NCBI GenBank assembly: GCA_030432695.1
Contig: JAUILN010000016.1
Location: 113,178 to 177,177, forward strand
Origin: a bacterium
Lineage (GTDB): Bacteria > Planctomycetota > UBA1135 > UBA2386
Direction of reading: 5' to 3'
DNA length: 64,000 nt
Positions 1 through 9,886 of this stretch are shown here, in pieces; positions within the stretch are counted from its first letter, which is position 1, and each line of letters begins with the position of its first letter. The notes under the pieces are model-generated. The model was not told the DNA's origin, did not search any database, and saw only the letters and a list, made by a program, of their open reading frames with translations. The translations under genes and the position numbers were made by a program.

Positions 1-2
1 TC

Positions 3-1415
3 GCGCTCGCCTGGGTCGCGTGGCCGCGCGCGGAGGACTCACAGCGGAGCCCAGTGGTTCCCGCCAGCGGTCCGGACGCTCGATTCGCTGCCGGAACATC
101 CGATCCGAAACACGACGTCGGCCTGCGCACCGCGACCGGCGAACCCGCGATCCCCGAGCGCGGCGTGGTGGTCGCCGAACTCGCCACGGACTTCGTCCGC
201 GAGGGTCGCCTGGTCGGGGTAGTACCGGCGGCCCCGATCGATGCGCCGCTGGAGATCCGTTTCGACGGCCGGGTGGACGGAGTGCGCCGCGAGCACGAGG
301 CGAGGATCCCGGTGCAGCCCGACGGGCGGTTCCGGTTGGTGCTGCCGCCGTGGGCGAACGACTGCGAGCGCTTCGACCTACGGATCGACTTCCATGGACT
401 GTGGTATTCCGACCTGACGAAGCGCTTCGAGGGGGAGCTGCAGCGCGACGCCTCGGAGTTGCTGCTGGAGGTGCAGCCGATCGGGATCGTCACGGGGCGG
501 GTGGTGGACGGTGACGGCGAGCCGGTGGTGGCGGCGCGGATCGTGGCCATGGATCCCCGTGAGGCGGAGGATCCTGGCGAGATGACGACGCTATTCGGAC
601 AGACCAACAGCGGATCGGAAGGCGCCTTCCTCCTCAAGGTGCGATGCGAAGGCCCGACCATCCTCCTGGCGCTCCCGATGCAGGAAGCGTCGCTCAGTGG
701 CCTCCGCCTCCAGATGATGCGACCGGTGAACGAACAGGAGCTCGTCGCCGACGCGCCGGTGACGGACTGCAATGCGCATCGGGACGACCTGCTGCCGGCG
801 TATCGCGAGGCCGAGATCGTGTTCGGCAGGCAGACCGATTTGGCCCCGATCGCGCTCGACGTGCCGAGCCCGATCACCGGCCGCGTGGTCGATCCGAAGG
901 GTGACGGGATCCCCGGCCTCGGCGTCTGGTGGCTTCCCCAGGACGCACGGCGCTATGCCTACGTCGCCGGCCGCAACCTCGCTCTCTGGGACGACGACCG
1001 CGCGGGGTGGGCCTGGAGGGGGCTGTGCGGAGACGACGGGCGCTTCGGACTATGGGCCAATCCCGGCCGGCCGGGAGTCTGCCGGCCCTCGAAGATCGAC
1101 GGCGGCAACCTCCCCTGGCTCACTCCGGTCCCGGCCATCGCCCCGACCCATGTCGAGCTGCGACTCGAGCGAAGGGTGACCATCCGCCTGCTGCGCGACG
1201 GCGCACCCGTCGCGGACGTCCGACTCAAGCCTCACCGAACGGGAGGATTCGAGCCGATCCCGCTCGTCACGGACGAGTCCGGAGAACTGCAGCTGTGGCT
1301 CCCGACGGAGGGCGAAGCCCGGCTCCTTCTGTCCCGCGGCCCCGGCGACAAGCTCTGGATCGACGCCCGCGAAGCCGACGACGACGGCCTCCTCGTCATC
1401 GACCTCGACGACTGA
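3..1415 (+). CDS. Membrane-anchored carboxypeptidase-regulatory-like (transthyretin-fold) repeat protein, 5' end outside the window
   Basis: Frame is open from nt 3 (ALAWVAWP, end of a TM segment). Repeated GRVVDxxGxP(V/I) motifs. Ends ADDDGLLVIDLDD*. Confidence 0.75.
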   Translation, partial: ALAWVAWPRAEDSQRSPVVPASGPDARFAAGTSDPKHDVGLRTATGEPAIPERGVVVAELATDFVREGRLVGVVPAAPIDAPLEIRFDGRVDGVRREHEARIPVQPDGRFRLVLPPWANDCERFDLRIDFHGLWYSDLTKRFEGELQRDASELLLEVQPIGIVTGRVVDGDGEPVVAARIVAMDPREAEDPGEMTTLFGQTNSGSEGAFLLKVRCEGPTILLALPMQEASLSGLRLQMMRPVNEQELVADAPVTDCNAHRDDLLPAYREAEIVFGRQTDLAPIALDVPSPITGRVVDPKGDGIPGLGVWWLPQDARRYAYVAGRNLALWDDDRAGWAWRGLCGDDGRFGLWANPGRPGVCRPSKIDGGNLPWLTPVPAIAPTHVELRLERRVTIRLLRDGAPVADVRLKPHRTGGFEPIPLVTDESGELQLWLPTEGEARLLLSRGPGDKLWIDAREADDDGLLVIDLDD

Positions 1416-1908
1416 CCGCCTACCCAACCCGCCGCGGAGCACTCCGCCCCGCCGCCTTGCTCGCCTCCAGCAACTCCTTCAACTCCGCGACCACCTCCGG
1501 CCGCTCCGACCACAGATTCGTCGTCTCCCCCGGATCGACCTCCAGATCGTAGAGCTGCCCCGGCGCATCCGGATCGGTCTCCGGCAACGCATAGGGCAGC
1601 AGCCGCCCCCGGTCATTGTGATTCCGGCTTGACGTCCTCGTCGAGTGGCGGACCCATCGGCTCCTACTGGCTCACGCGTCGGCCCGGGCCCTCCTGGTCT
1701 ACGACGCGTAGCTCGAGCAGCGCGGCGTCGCGATGGAGGACGTGCTGACGAAGATCGTGGTCGTGAGTCGTGGATCGTGGGGCCAGCTGCGCTTCGGCTC
1801 GCGCGACCGAGCGGTCGACGGATGGTTCGCGAAGAGGCTGACGTGGCTCGTGATACGCCAGTCTCGCTGGGGATGGCGCGCGAGGTCCTAGAAAGCGCGG
1901 CGCACGAC
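1370..1908. repeat. Copy A of a duplicated block: LLVIDLDD* gene end + convergent sulfatase 3' tail + ~290-bp decayed ORF module
   Basis: Near-identical to 29715-30253. The part to ~1623 also matches 44960-45220, the 3' end of the intact sulfatase. Confidence 0.9.
1420..1616 (-). pseudogene. Orphan 3' tail (~65 codons) of the sulfatase gene
   Basis: Minus strand reads DRGRLLPYALPETDPDAPGQLYDLEVDPGETTNLWSERPEVVAELKELLEASKAAGRSAPRR, nearly identical to the C-terminus of 45018-46571. Confidence 0.9.
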
Positions 1909-1984
1909 AGCCTGCAGCTTGGGACGCCCGACTATGCCGCAGTCTGCTTGATCGCGGTGGCGGAAGGTGCGACCGGCAGCGCCC

Positions 1985-2539
1985 TTTCTTGAGGAATGCC
2001 TCCACGTCTCCCGGAGACATCGCGCTCTATGCGAACGCAACCATCTCCTCAACGTCCGGGTTCATGAAGCGCCCGGTCATACCGCACAGCGCATCGAGGG
2101 GGGCAACCCCTCCGGCGCCCTCATCCGACTCGTAGTAGCGCCGCTCGACTTCGGCGATGCCGAACGACGTGAGCCACTGCTTCCGGCTGTTGCCCGATAC
2201 CGCATCAGTTGGCCGTCGACCTCGATGGTCGGGGCTACAACGTCGGCGACCTCTACGACCACCACGAGAGCCTCGAGTGCTGCGGCCGCACTCGAGGCCC
2301 GGAGGTCCGATGACTGCTTCCGAAACGACTCTGGCGCCAGGCCGTCTTCTGCCGCGGAATCGACCATCTCGTCGAGTCATTGACGGAAATTGACCATCAA
2401 CTCGTCAAAGCGTTCAATGCGGAGGGCTGTGGAGAGCGGTGAGTTGCCGCACGCAAGCGCTGTGTCTGTTGTCACTTACCTGGTATGAGCGACTCCGCAG
2501 CCCAATCCCACTCTTCTGCCAGAAGAGAGATATGCACCC
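1985..2539 (-). mobile_element. ISKra4-family (UPF0236-type) IS remnant: left end plus frameshifted transposase N-terminus
   Basis: Minus strand KQWLTSFGIAEVERRYY...GVAPLDALCG, with a frameshift and an internal TAG. Terminal GGGTGCATATC at 2539 resembles ends of this family. Confidence 0.55.
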
Positions 2540-2689
2540 GTCACGCTTTCGGGAATTCAAATTCAAGGACCACTCATCCCCCAGGTCAGGGGAACCAAGA
2601 GTTCGCCGTCCGTCGCAACGGGGCGCCCGAAACTGCGCTGATGAAATGGCAGGCGCCATGATCGTGCTGCCTGCCGGGAAGGACGCGAC

Positions 2690-3271
2690 GTGACGAATCC
2701 AACGGACCAATTCCGAATCACCCTGTGGCTCCTGGCCTGCTCGCTGTTCTCGACGGGCTGCGACGAGATCGAGGCAACGGTGATCTTCCGGGGCGACGGC
2801 TTCGTTGCCGCCGTGCCGGCGGACTGGGAGCGGGCGGAGCCCGGTCCGATGCCGGGTCTCGGGCCTCTGATGCAGTTCGACTGCACGGCGTACTTTCGCG
2901 AGCCGTTCCGGTCCCAGGACGACATCTACACGGAGAGCTTCGCGTTCGGGACGATTCGCGGGCTAATCGTAGAGCAAATGAATCCGACTGATTTCGGTGA
3001 CTATGTGCACGCGGCCGCCGAGAGTTCTCGGGCACTGCTGACTTCGATGGGGGATGTCTCGGTCGACGGCCCGACGTGGGAAGACGGGTTCGGCTGGCCG
3101 GTTGCCCGTATCGACGTGCGGACGTTCGACGCCGACCGGAGTCAGAGCATGCGGATGCTCTACATCCTGCGGGAGGGAAGCGTGCTGTTCGCCGCCTACC
3201 ACGCCCAGCCCGATGAAGCCGATCGTCACTTCCCGCGTTGCAATCGTGTACTCGCAGACCTTCTGGACTGA
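2690..3271 (+). CDS. Hypothetical lipoprotein
   Basis: 193-aa ORF with coding-like composition and hydrophobic stretch followed by lipobox-like STG-C. Confidence 0.65.
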   Translation: MTNPTDQFRITLWLLACSLFSTGCDEIEATVIFRGDGFVAAVPADWERAEPGPMPGLGPLMQFDCTAYFREPFRSQDDIYTESFAFGTIRGLIVEQMNPTDFGDYVHAAAESSRALLTSMGDVSVDGPTWEDGFGWPVARIDVRTFDADRSQSMRMLYILREGSVLFAAYHAQPDEADRHFPRCNRVLADLLD

Positions 3272-3305
3272 ACCAGGCCGACCACCAACCAAGAGTCACC
3301 CGACC

Positions 3306-3788
3306 ATGCGATTCCTGTTTGCCCTGTTGCTGATCGCCGCCGCGCTGTGCGGCGGCTACTACGTTGCCTGGGAACGAGACACTGGCCCCGCGCGCAAGGT
3401 GGCGCGACTGATAGAGGAGACCGGCCCGCATTGCCTGGTCTGTGAGCGCACGGCAGCCGGCAGTGTGACCTACAGCATGGCTGCCGATCGACTCGGTCCG
3501 AACTCGCCGCAGGCACTGCGCGATCTCGACGCCCTGACGGCGAGTGACGAGCACTTCTGTCACCTTCATGCGCCCCCTGAGGAGCTCCAAGTGTTCATCA
3601 CTGCGAAGATCGATCGCTATTTCGTGCTCCTGACCAGCGCCGCGCTGTGCTTCGGAGTGATCGCGATCGGCTTCTGGGGTGCCATGGCACTCATGGCGGG
3701 AAAGGCCGCCGGGCTGGGAGCGGTGCCATTCGGCTTGCTGGTGGGCTGGTTCGCGACGTTCGTGTCGGACGGCGTGAACATGATGTGA
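3306..3788 (+). CDS. Hypothetical membrane protein
   Basis: MRFLFALLLIAAALC start, CxxC, two C-terminal hydrophobic helices. Confidence 0.65.
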   Translation: MRFLFALLLIAAALCGGYYVAWERDTGPARKVARLIEETGPHCLVCERTAAGSVTYSMAADRLGPNSPQALRDLDALTASDEHFCHLHAPPEELQVFITAKIDRYFVLLTSAALCFGVIAIGFWGAMALMAGKAAGLGAVPFGLLVGWFATFVSDGVNMM

Positions 3789-3849
3789 GCCCTTCACGAC
3801 GCACCGTACCACGGGACGCCTTCGTACTCCGCACACCCCACACCATCGC

Positions 3850-4923
3850 ATGGGACTCTACGACCGTGACTACATGCGCGCGGATCAGCCGCGGCTCCGC
3901 CCGCTCCCGGCTCCGCGAACGGCAAGTCCGTCGCGGACCTCGCACGGGACGGCCGGAAGCGATCACCTGGAGCCGTCGGACGCGATCCTGGGCGCCCTGC
4001 TTGCGCTGCAGGGTCTCGCGTTCGTGCTCCCGATCGCTCACTTCGCGCCGTTCGCGAGACGCCTGACGTGGTTGGAGGAGTTCGGAGTCACCGGCTTCGA
4101 AGTCTCCGCGCGACATCTGCTGTTGGTTGCGCCGGGACTCCTGCTGGTCGCTGGCCTGGTCGGCGCGATCGGTCGTGGTCGGGTCGCAGCGCTGCTGCTG
4201 ATCGGGATTGCGGCCGTGGGGTTGAATCTGGTCGTGGGGGCGACCGGGGACCCGTTGGCGATCGCGGATGGACTCTCGCTGGGTCACCTCGTTCCTGCCG
4301 GTACGGCGTCCGTGCTCTTGGCCGCTACGATGTCGAGCGCGCTGATCGCAACGGTGGCCGACAGGAACCTCGTTCTACGCGCTCCATTTCTGCTGCTCAC
4401 CGCAGCCGGGAGCGCGCTCTACGTCGCCTCACCGTTCTGGAACCCGCTGGACATGATCGACGCGTTCGAGCACGTGCGCGCGTTGGCTATGGATGTCCGC
4501 CTGACGCCAGACCACACGCTGGCGGTCGGCGGCGAGGGCACCGGACCGCGGTTCCTGCTGGACCGTTCCTGGTTCAGTTACCTGCAGTGGCTGGGTCGGG
4601 CGGGGGTCGTGTTCCTGGCGGGCTTCTGGTTCTTGGTGCAAGCCTGCGTGGCGGTGTGGGCCATTCTGCGGCTGTCCGCGCGCACGCGATTGGAAGCTGA
4701 CATGCCTCCGGTCGGCGTCGTGGTTGCAGCGTTTGTCATATTCAACCTCATGAGCCTGGTCTGCTTCGGTCTCTGGGCGTTCGCCGCCCCATTCGGCGGG
4801 GGTGAGGACGCGTTCTGGGCCGTGGCTTCGCGGATCGGCGTGATAGCGGGCGCACTGGCGGTGCTCCTGCTGCCGTCGGTCGGTGTCGGTCGGTTGCTGG
4901 TCCCCGCACGCCCGCTGAAGTGA
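3850..4923 (+). CDS. Polytopic membrane protein with N-terminal MGLYDRDYMR motif
   Basis: 357 aa with about 8-9 hydrophobic segments. The N-terminal decapeptide is typical of planctomycete rhomboid-type proteins, but no GxSG catalytic motif is seen. Confidence 0.7.
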   Translation: MGLYDRDYMRADQPRLRPLPAPRTASPSRTSHGTAGSDHLEPSDAILGALLALQGLAFVLPIAHFAPFARRLTWLEEFGVTGFEVSARHLLLVAPGLLLVAGLVGAIGRGRVAALLLIGIAAVGLNLVVGATGDPLAIADGLSLGHLVPAGTASVLLAATMSSALIATVADRNLVLRAPFLLLTAAGSALYVASPFWNPLDMIDAFEHVRALAMDVRLTPDHTLAVGGEGTGPRFLLDRSWFSYLQWLGRAGVVFLAGFWFLVQACVAVWAILRLSARTRLEADMPPVGVVVAAFVIFNLMSLVCFGLWAFAAPFGGGEDAFWAVASRIGVIAGALAVLLLPSVGVGRLLVPARPLK

Positions 4924-5084
4924 CTCACGGCGAGTGACGCCAGTGGCGTAGGATCCGCGGCTCCATTTTCCCGACCGTTGTTGCCGCGGGAGGTGCCGGC
5001 TCGATTCCTGGTAGGGTCGCGCGGCGGCCCCGGCATCCATATAGGTACTCCACGCGGAGTCCCAACGTCGTTCCTTGACAAGGA

Positions 5085-5187
5085 GCTATTGACCTTCACC
5101 TCGATCAAGCCGAGAGGGTCGCTGCACGGGTCGGTCTCGGCGGGCGTGGAGCGTAGCCGCCGTCGCCAGGAGTACAGGGTCGCTGCG
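5085..5187 (-). pseudogene. IS66-family TnpA (orfA)-like fragment cut by the ISCR-like end
   Basis: Minus strand AATLYSWRRRLR...LIEVKV matches the IS66 TnpA HTH pattern. Confidence 0.45.
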
Positions 5188-5468
5188 GCGCGTAGGAAAC
5201 ATGACGGGGGTTCTGGAGCCCAGCCACTTCAACCCGATCCACCCCGAACCCCACAGGCTCCCCCACCAGCGCGTCGCTCGGCCCCCTCTTCTGGCCTCAT
5301 CGCGGAACTTCGCCTGCACCCAGACGCGCCACAACCCGCGCCGACAGACCGGTGCTCCGCAGCGACCCCGCACCCGCACCGCTCAGCGCACTCAGATCAC
5401 TCCGCCCACAGGCCCGGAGCCTCCAGCGGCGGGCGTGCCGTTGACAGCGGCGGCAAGCTTGCTGGCAG
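5188..5468 (-). mobile_element. ISCR/IS91-like oriIS end, copy 1, with the last codons of the transposase
   Basis: GCGCGTAGGAAACATGACGGGGGTTCTGGAGCC terminus (minus: ...TTTCCTACGCGC), ~200 nt downstream of ...APGLWAE*. Homologous to 43002-43270. Confidence 0.85.
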
Positions 5469-5562
5469 AGGATCCCCGGCACGCAGAACGAGAACTCGCC
5501 CTGCGTGCCCGGCGCGAGCAATTCCTCGCCGAGCAGGCCACGTCCGCGACGGAGGAAGATCG

Positions 5563-5817
5563 ATGAACACCGAACCTGCCGACGACGCACTGCTCGTCTC
5601 GGTGCACGCGGAACTGCGGCGGATCGCGCAGGCCCAGATGGGTCGGGAACGCGACGACCACACGCTGCAGGCGACCGCGTTGGTGCACGAGGCATGGCTC
5701 GCGTTGCAGGGGCGTCTCGACGAGGCCTGGTCGGAGCCGCGTCGGTTCCACCTCGCCGCCGCCGAGTTGTATCGAGCGCTGCCCCGGATCGGGGACTATC
5801 CGGCCACGGAGGTCTGA
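5563..5817 (+). pseudogene. Truncated ECF sigma factor (kinase-associated HTLQATALVHEAWL type)
   Basis: Region 2 is present. After RRFHLAAAE it joins an unrelated tail with no region 4. Preceded by an orphan C-terminal fragment (5469-5566) with ATGA overlap. Confidence 0.8.
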
Positions 5818-5922
5818 AGAACGTCGGATTCTCGCGGGATTCCAGGCACCTCCACGGGCAGCGCTTCGCGGGAGGTGGCGAATGCGGGCGAGAGGCCCGC
5901 CAGGCACTCACGGAATCCCAAG

Positions 5923-6630
5923 ATGAACACAGTCTCCCGCTTCGCTCTCCCCGCCGCCGCCCTGCTGAGCCTCGCCGCGCCCGCATTCGCCCAGGATCTC
6001 GATGCCGAGATCGTCCGCAATCCGAACGACACCGTGACCTACACCGTCGACCTCGACGGCCCGCCACGGGGGATGTCGTTCCTGCTGACCAGCACGTATC
6101 CGACCTTCCCGTTCGTCCGGACGCCGTTCGGTCCGCTGTTCCTGGATCCCGCTGCGGCGATCGTGGTCGGCCAGACGCCGATCGATCCGCTCGGCCACGG
6201 TCGGTTGCAGTTCACCTTCCCGTTCCCGTTGGTGACCGGGACCCGCTTCTACTTCCAGTCGTTCAACATCGACGCGGCGAACCATTTGGCGCTGTCAGGC
6301 ACCTACGTGAGCTGCCTCACGCAGGACTTCGCGTTCAGCAGCAACCCGCTGCCGCCGAACTTCGGCCTGGTGGTCAAGGGCTACGCCGACAGCGACGACA
6401 TCAGCGCGCGCTACCGCCTGATCGGACAGCCGGGCACCCGCTACCGGATCACGGTCACCGATGCGCAGGGTAACCAGGTCGCGCAGCGCGAGGTGCAGGT
6501 GCCGGCGACCGGCAACGTGACGCACCTCGAGTTCGACCGCGCCGCGGGTCTGCAGCGGGGTCACCGCTGGCGGCTCGACGAGGTCTCGCGCGGCGGCGTG
6601 ACCGAGCGCGCCTCGGGATCGTTCGACTGA
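5923..6630 (+). CDS. Secreted hypothetical protein
   Basis: Signal peptide MNTVSRFALPAAALLSLAAPAFA-Q, beta-rich mature part, GC3-biased codons. Confidence 0.8.
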   Translation: MNTVSRFALPAAALLSLAAPAFAQDLDAEIVRNPNDTVTYTVDLDGPPRGMSFLLTSTYPTFPFVRTPFGPLFLDPAAAIVVGQTPIDPLGHGRLQFTFPFPLVTGTRFYFQSFNIDAANHLALSGTYVSCLTQDFAFSSNPLPPNFGLVVKGYADSDDISARYRLIGQPGTRYRITVTDAQGNQVAQREVQVPATGNVTHLEFDRAAGLQRGHRWRLDEVSRGGVTERASGSFD

Positions 6631-9600
6631 GCCGAGGCGAGACGTCGCTCTTCGAGCGCGTAGCCCGGACCCGCGTCCCAGACGTGCAGGTCGCCGGCAC
6701 CGGTGACCGCGGCGAGTCGGCGCCCGCTCGGTGACCACACGGCCTTCACCACGGCGTGGTCGAGGCGAAACGTCCCGGCGAGTTGACCGAGCACCGGGTC
6801 CCAGACCTTGATGGTCCGGTCCATGCTGCACGAGACCAGGCGTTGGCCACCGGCCTGCCAGTGCAGGCCGCCCACCTCCTGGTCGTGTCCGGCGAGTTCG
6901 AGCGGTTCCGCCTCGTCTGGCGACCACACCAGGATCCGGCCGTCCCGCTCGCTGACGGCGACCCGGCCGCTCGAGGCGTCGAGCGCGAAACTCTCCCGCC
7001 CGAATCGCGAGGTCGGCCCCGGGGCGGGCCAGCGGTGGAACTCGGTGCCGTCGTCGCCGCGGTGCAGCGAGATCCGATCGTGCCAGCGGACGGCGAGCGT
7101 CGATCCGTGCGCGTCCCAGGCAGTCGATCGGCAGGTGCCTTCGCCGCGGAACCAGAGCGTCGGTTCCGGCTCCTCCAGCCGCCACATCCACACCTCGCCG
7201 GCGAAGGTGAAGGCGACCCGGGCGGAGTCGTGGCTCCAGGTGGGAAACTGGTCGGCCAGGCGAAGGGCCGTGCTGGTTCTCCGGTCGCTGTCGTCGGTCT
7301 GGGACCAGATCGAAGCCCGTTGGTCGGAGTCGGATCCGGCGAACCACCGACCGTCGGGAGACCCCGAGAATCGGCCTGGTCCGAGGGCGGTCGACGTGGC
7401 GGTGCACTCTCCATCCGACACCCGCCAGGTCTGACGCAGCTCCTTGTGGACCAGCAGGAGATGGTCCTCGTCCCGCCAGTGCAGATCGGTGGAGTGCGGG
7501 GCCGTGAAACGGTAGGCGGGCCCCAACTGGGCTCGTGCCACCGGTCGATCGAGCGCGCGGATGTGGAGCGCGCGATTCCTGCCGCCGGAGAGGGCGAACC
7601 TGCCGTCGGCCGAGAACTCCGCCGCGTCGGCGTTACCGTCGTGGCGATCGACGATCCGGATCGCATGTCCTGCGGCTGCGCTCCAGATCCTCACCGTCCG
7701 GTCGTTCGAACTGCTCAGCAACTCGCGGTCGTCGGGCGACCAGCTCAACGCGGTCACCCAGTGCTGGTGGCTCTGCAGGTGCTGGCGCCGACGCCAGGTC
7801 TCCACGTCGAGGACCTGGATCGAGCCGTCGCCGTGACCGGTCGCCAGCGAACGCCCGTCGTGCGAGAACCGCAGCGCCTGGGTGACGGTGTCGGGGCTCG
7901 GGAGGTCGGCGTGCACCGACCAGTCGGCGGCGTCGAGCACCAGCACGTTGCCGCTGCGCTTGCTCAATGCCAGGAATCGACCGTCCGGCGAGAAGTCGAT
8001 CTGCATCGCGTCGCCGTGGATCGTGTGTTCGTCGGGAGATCGGTGGACGACTTCGCCGCTGCGCCAGTCGAAGACCAAGAGGCCCTTCAGGAAGGTCAGG
8101 ACGGCCAGGTGATCACCGTCGGGATGGAAGGCGATGTTGGACCCCCAGTCCGGGAGTTCGATCCGCGCCAGCACCTCGAGATCCTGCAGCCGCCAGACCG
8201 TCACGCCGCCCGACCCTGCGGCGGCGGCCAGCTTGCCGTCGCGACTCGGCACGACGGCGCGGTTCTTCGAGCCCGGAGCCTCGGGAAGCTCACGGTGCTG
8301 GAAGGTCTCGAGATCCAGTTCCCGGCAGAAGCCGTCGCCGCACACCAACACGTTCTGCGTCTCGGGAACCGCGGCGATGTGCATGATGAAACTGCGCATG
8401 CCGAGCACGTGTTCGGGGGAGTCCGCCAGACCGTGCATCGCGAACCATTCCCAGCCGCGGTGGTCGGTGGCGCCCGGTTCGGGGATCCAGTGCTCGAGTT
8501 GCCGCGCCATCGCGGCGATGCCGGTCTCGTCGTCGGCCAGGCTGGTCGCAGCCATTTGGGCGAAGTACAGGTTGCGGCGGGCCGCTTCGGCGGCGTCGTC
8601 GGCGCGGCCTCGTAGATCGCGCTCCGTCGCGGCGCGCAGGGCATTGTCGCGGGCGATCTGCAGCGCGGCGGCGAGGGCCGAGCCGAGTGCCACGAGCACG
8701 GTGAGTGCGACGGCGACCAGCGTGCGGTTGCGTCGCGAGAAGCGGCGGATGCGGGTCCAGCGGCTCGGGGGTCTCGCGATGATCGGTTCGTCGGCGAGGT
8801 AGCGACGAAGGTCGTCGGCCAGTGCCCGGGCGGTGAGGTAGCGGCGGTTGCGGTCCTTCTCGAGCGCGACCTGGCAGATGATCTCGAGGTCGCCGCGCAG
8901 GGCGCGGTCGTGAGTGCCGAGGCGGGCGGGATCCTCGTCGAGGATCGTCCGGATCGACTCGGTCAGCGAGCGGCCGGACAGCTCGAGCGGGAGGTGTCCG
9001 GTCAGCAGCTGGTAGAGCAGGACTCCGAGCGCGTAGACGTCGGCTCGGGCATCGAGATCGTTCGCGCCACGGAGCTGCTCCGGGCTCATGTAGGGCACCG
9101 TGCCGACGAAGTGGCCGGTGCGAGTCAGCGCGGCCTCGGTGTCCCCGTCGATCTGCGCGTCGCGCGCGATGCCGAAGTCCAGGATCTTCGGTTGGGCGTG
9201 GTGGCTGGAGTCGGTGACGACGAGGACGTTGCCCGGCTTCAGATCGCGGTGGATCACGCCGCGGTCGTGCGCGTGCTGGACCGCTTCGCAGAGGTCGATG
9301 CAGAGGTGGATCCGGGCGTGCAGCGAGGCGTTGGTCTCCCGGGCCCAGACCAGTGGATCGCGGCCGTCGACCAGCTCCATCGCGAACCAGGGCATCGATC
9401 CGACATCGGTCTCGACGAGGCCGGTCTCGTGGATCTGGGCGATGCCCGGATGCTGCAAGCGTGCCAGCAGTTCAGCCTCCCGCTCGAGGCGACCGGCCCG
9501 CTGCAGGTCGGGGTCGATGCCGTGCAGCAGCTTGAGTGCCACCGGGCGGTCGAGCCGTTCCTGGATCGCCCGGTAGACGATGCCCATCCCTCCCGAGCCG

Positions 9601-9863
9601 AGCACCGACTCGATCCGGTAGCCGGGTACCCGGAGCCGCCGCTCGTCGATCGTGATCCGGTCGGAGGATGGAGCGTCGTGAGAGGGCAGCGCGGACTCGC
9701 TGTCGCACCCGAGGAGGTCCAGGAGCTCGCGGTGCAGGTCCGCGTCGTCGGCGCATTGCCGTGCGGCGAACTCCGCGCGCTCGGCGGTCGGCAGATCGAG
9801 CCCCTCGAGGAGCAGTGCCTCGAGCCGGCTGCGTCGTTCCTTCTCCTCGCGCGGTGCGGACAT
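6561..9863 (-). CDS. Serine/threonine protein kinase with TM helix and WD40 repeats
   Basis: LGSGGMGIVY, VALK, HRDLKPGN, DFG, GTVPYMSPE; TM; WD40 motifs (HQHWVTALSWSPD...TVRIW, GHDQEV...TIKVWD). Confidence 0.95.
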   Translation of the reverse strand: MSAPREEKERRSRLEALLLEGLDLPTAERAEFAARQCADDADLHRELLDLLGCDSESALPSHDAPSSDRITIDERRLRVPGYRIESVLGSGGMGIVYRAIQERLDRPVALKLLHGIDPDLQRAGRLEREAELLARLQHPGIAQIHETGLVETDVGSMPWFAMELVDGRDPLVWARETNASLHARIHLCIDLCEAVQHAHDRGVIHRDLKPGNVLVVTDSSHHAQPKILDFGIARDAQIDGDTEAALTRTGHFVGTVPYMSPEQLRGANDLDARADVYALGVLLYQLLTGHLPLELSGRSLTESIRTILDEDPARLGTHDRALRGDLEIICQVALEKDRNRRYLTARALADDLRRYLADEPIIARPPSRWTRIRRFSRRNRTLVAVALTVLVALGSALAAALQIARDNALRAATERDLRGRADDAAEAARRNLYFAQMAATSLADDETGIAAMARQLEHWIPEPGATDHRGWEWFAMHGLADSPEHVLGMRSFIMHIAAVPETQNVLVCGDGFCRELDLETFQHRELPEAPGSKNRAVVPSRDGKLAAAAGSGGVTVWRLQDLEVLARIELPDWGSNIAFHPDGDHLAVLTFLKGLLVFDWRSGEVVHRSPDEHTIHGDAMQIDFSPDGRFLALSKRSGNVLVLDAADWSVHADLPSPDTVTQALRFSHDGRSLATGHGDGSIQVLDVETWRRRQHLQSHQHWVTALSWSPDDRELLSSSNDRTVRIWSAAAGHAIRIVDRHDGNADAAEFSADGRFALSGGRNRALHIRALDRPVARAQLGPAYRFTAPHSTDLHWRDEDHLLLVHKELRQTWRVSDGECTATSTALGPGRFSGSPDGRWFAGSDSDQRASIWSQTDDSDRRTSTALRLADQFPTWSHDSARVAFTFAGEVWMWRLEEPEPTLWFRGEGTCRSTAWDAHGSTLAVRWHDRISLHRGDDGTEFHRWPAPGPTSRFGRESFALDASSGRVAVSERDGRILVWSPDEAEPLELAGHDQEVGGLHWQAGGQRLVSCSMDRTIKVWDPVLGQLAGTFRLDHAVVKAVWSPSGRRLAAVTGAGDLHVWDAGPGYALEERRLASAQSNDPEARSVTPPRETSSSRQR

Positions 9864-9886
9864 CGGAGGCGCTATGATCGGGGGCA

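Noticed and set aside
6561-6630. 70-nt convergent overlap of the kinase and the secreted gene as antisense regulation
   Set aside because: Common in high-GC genomes after stop-codon drift; no other support.
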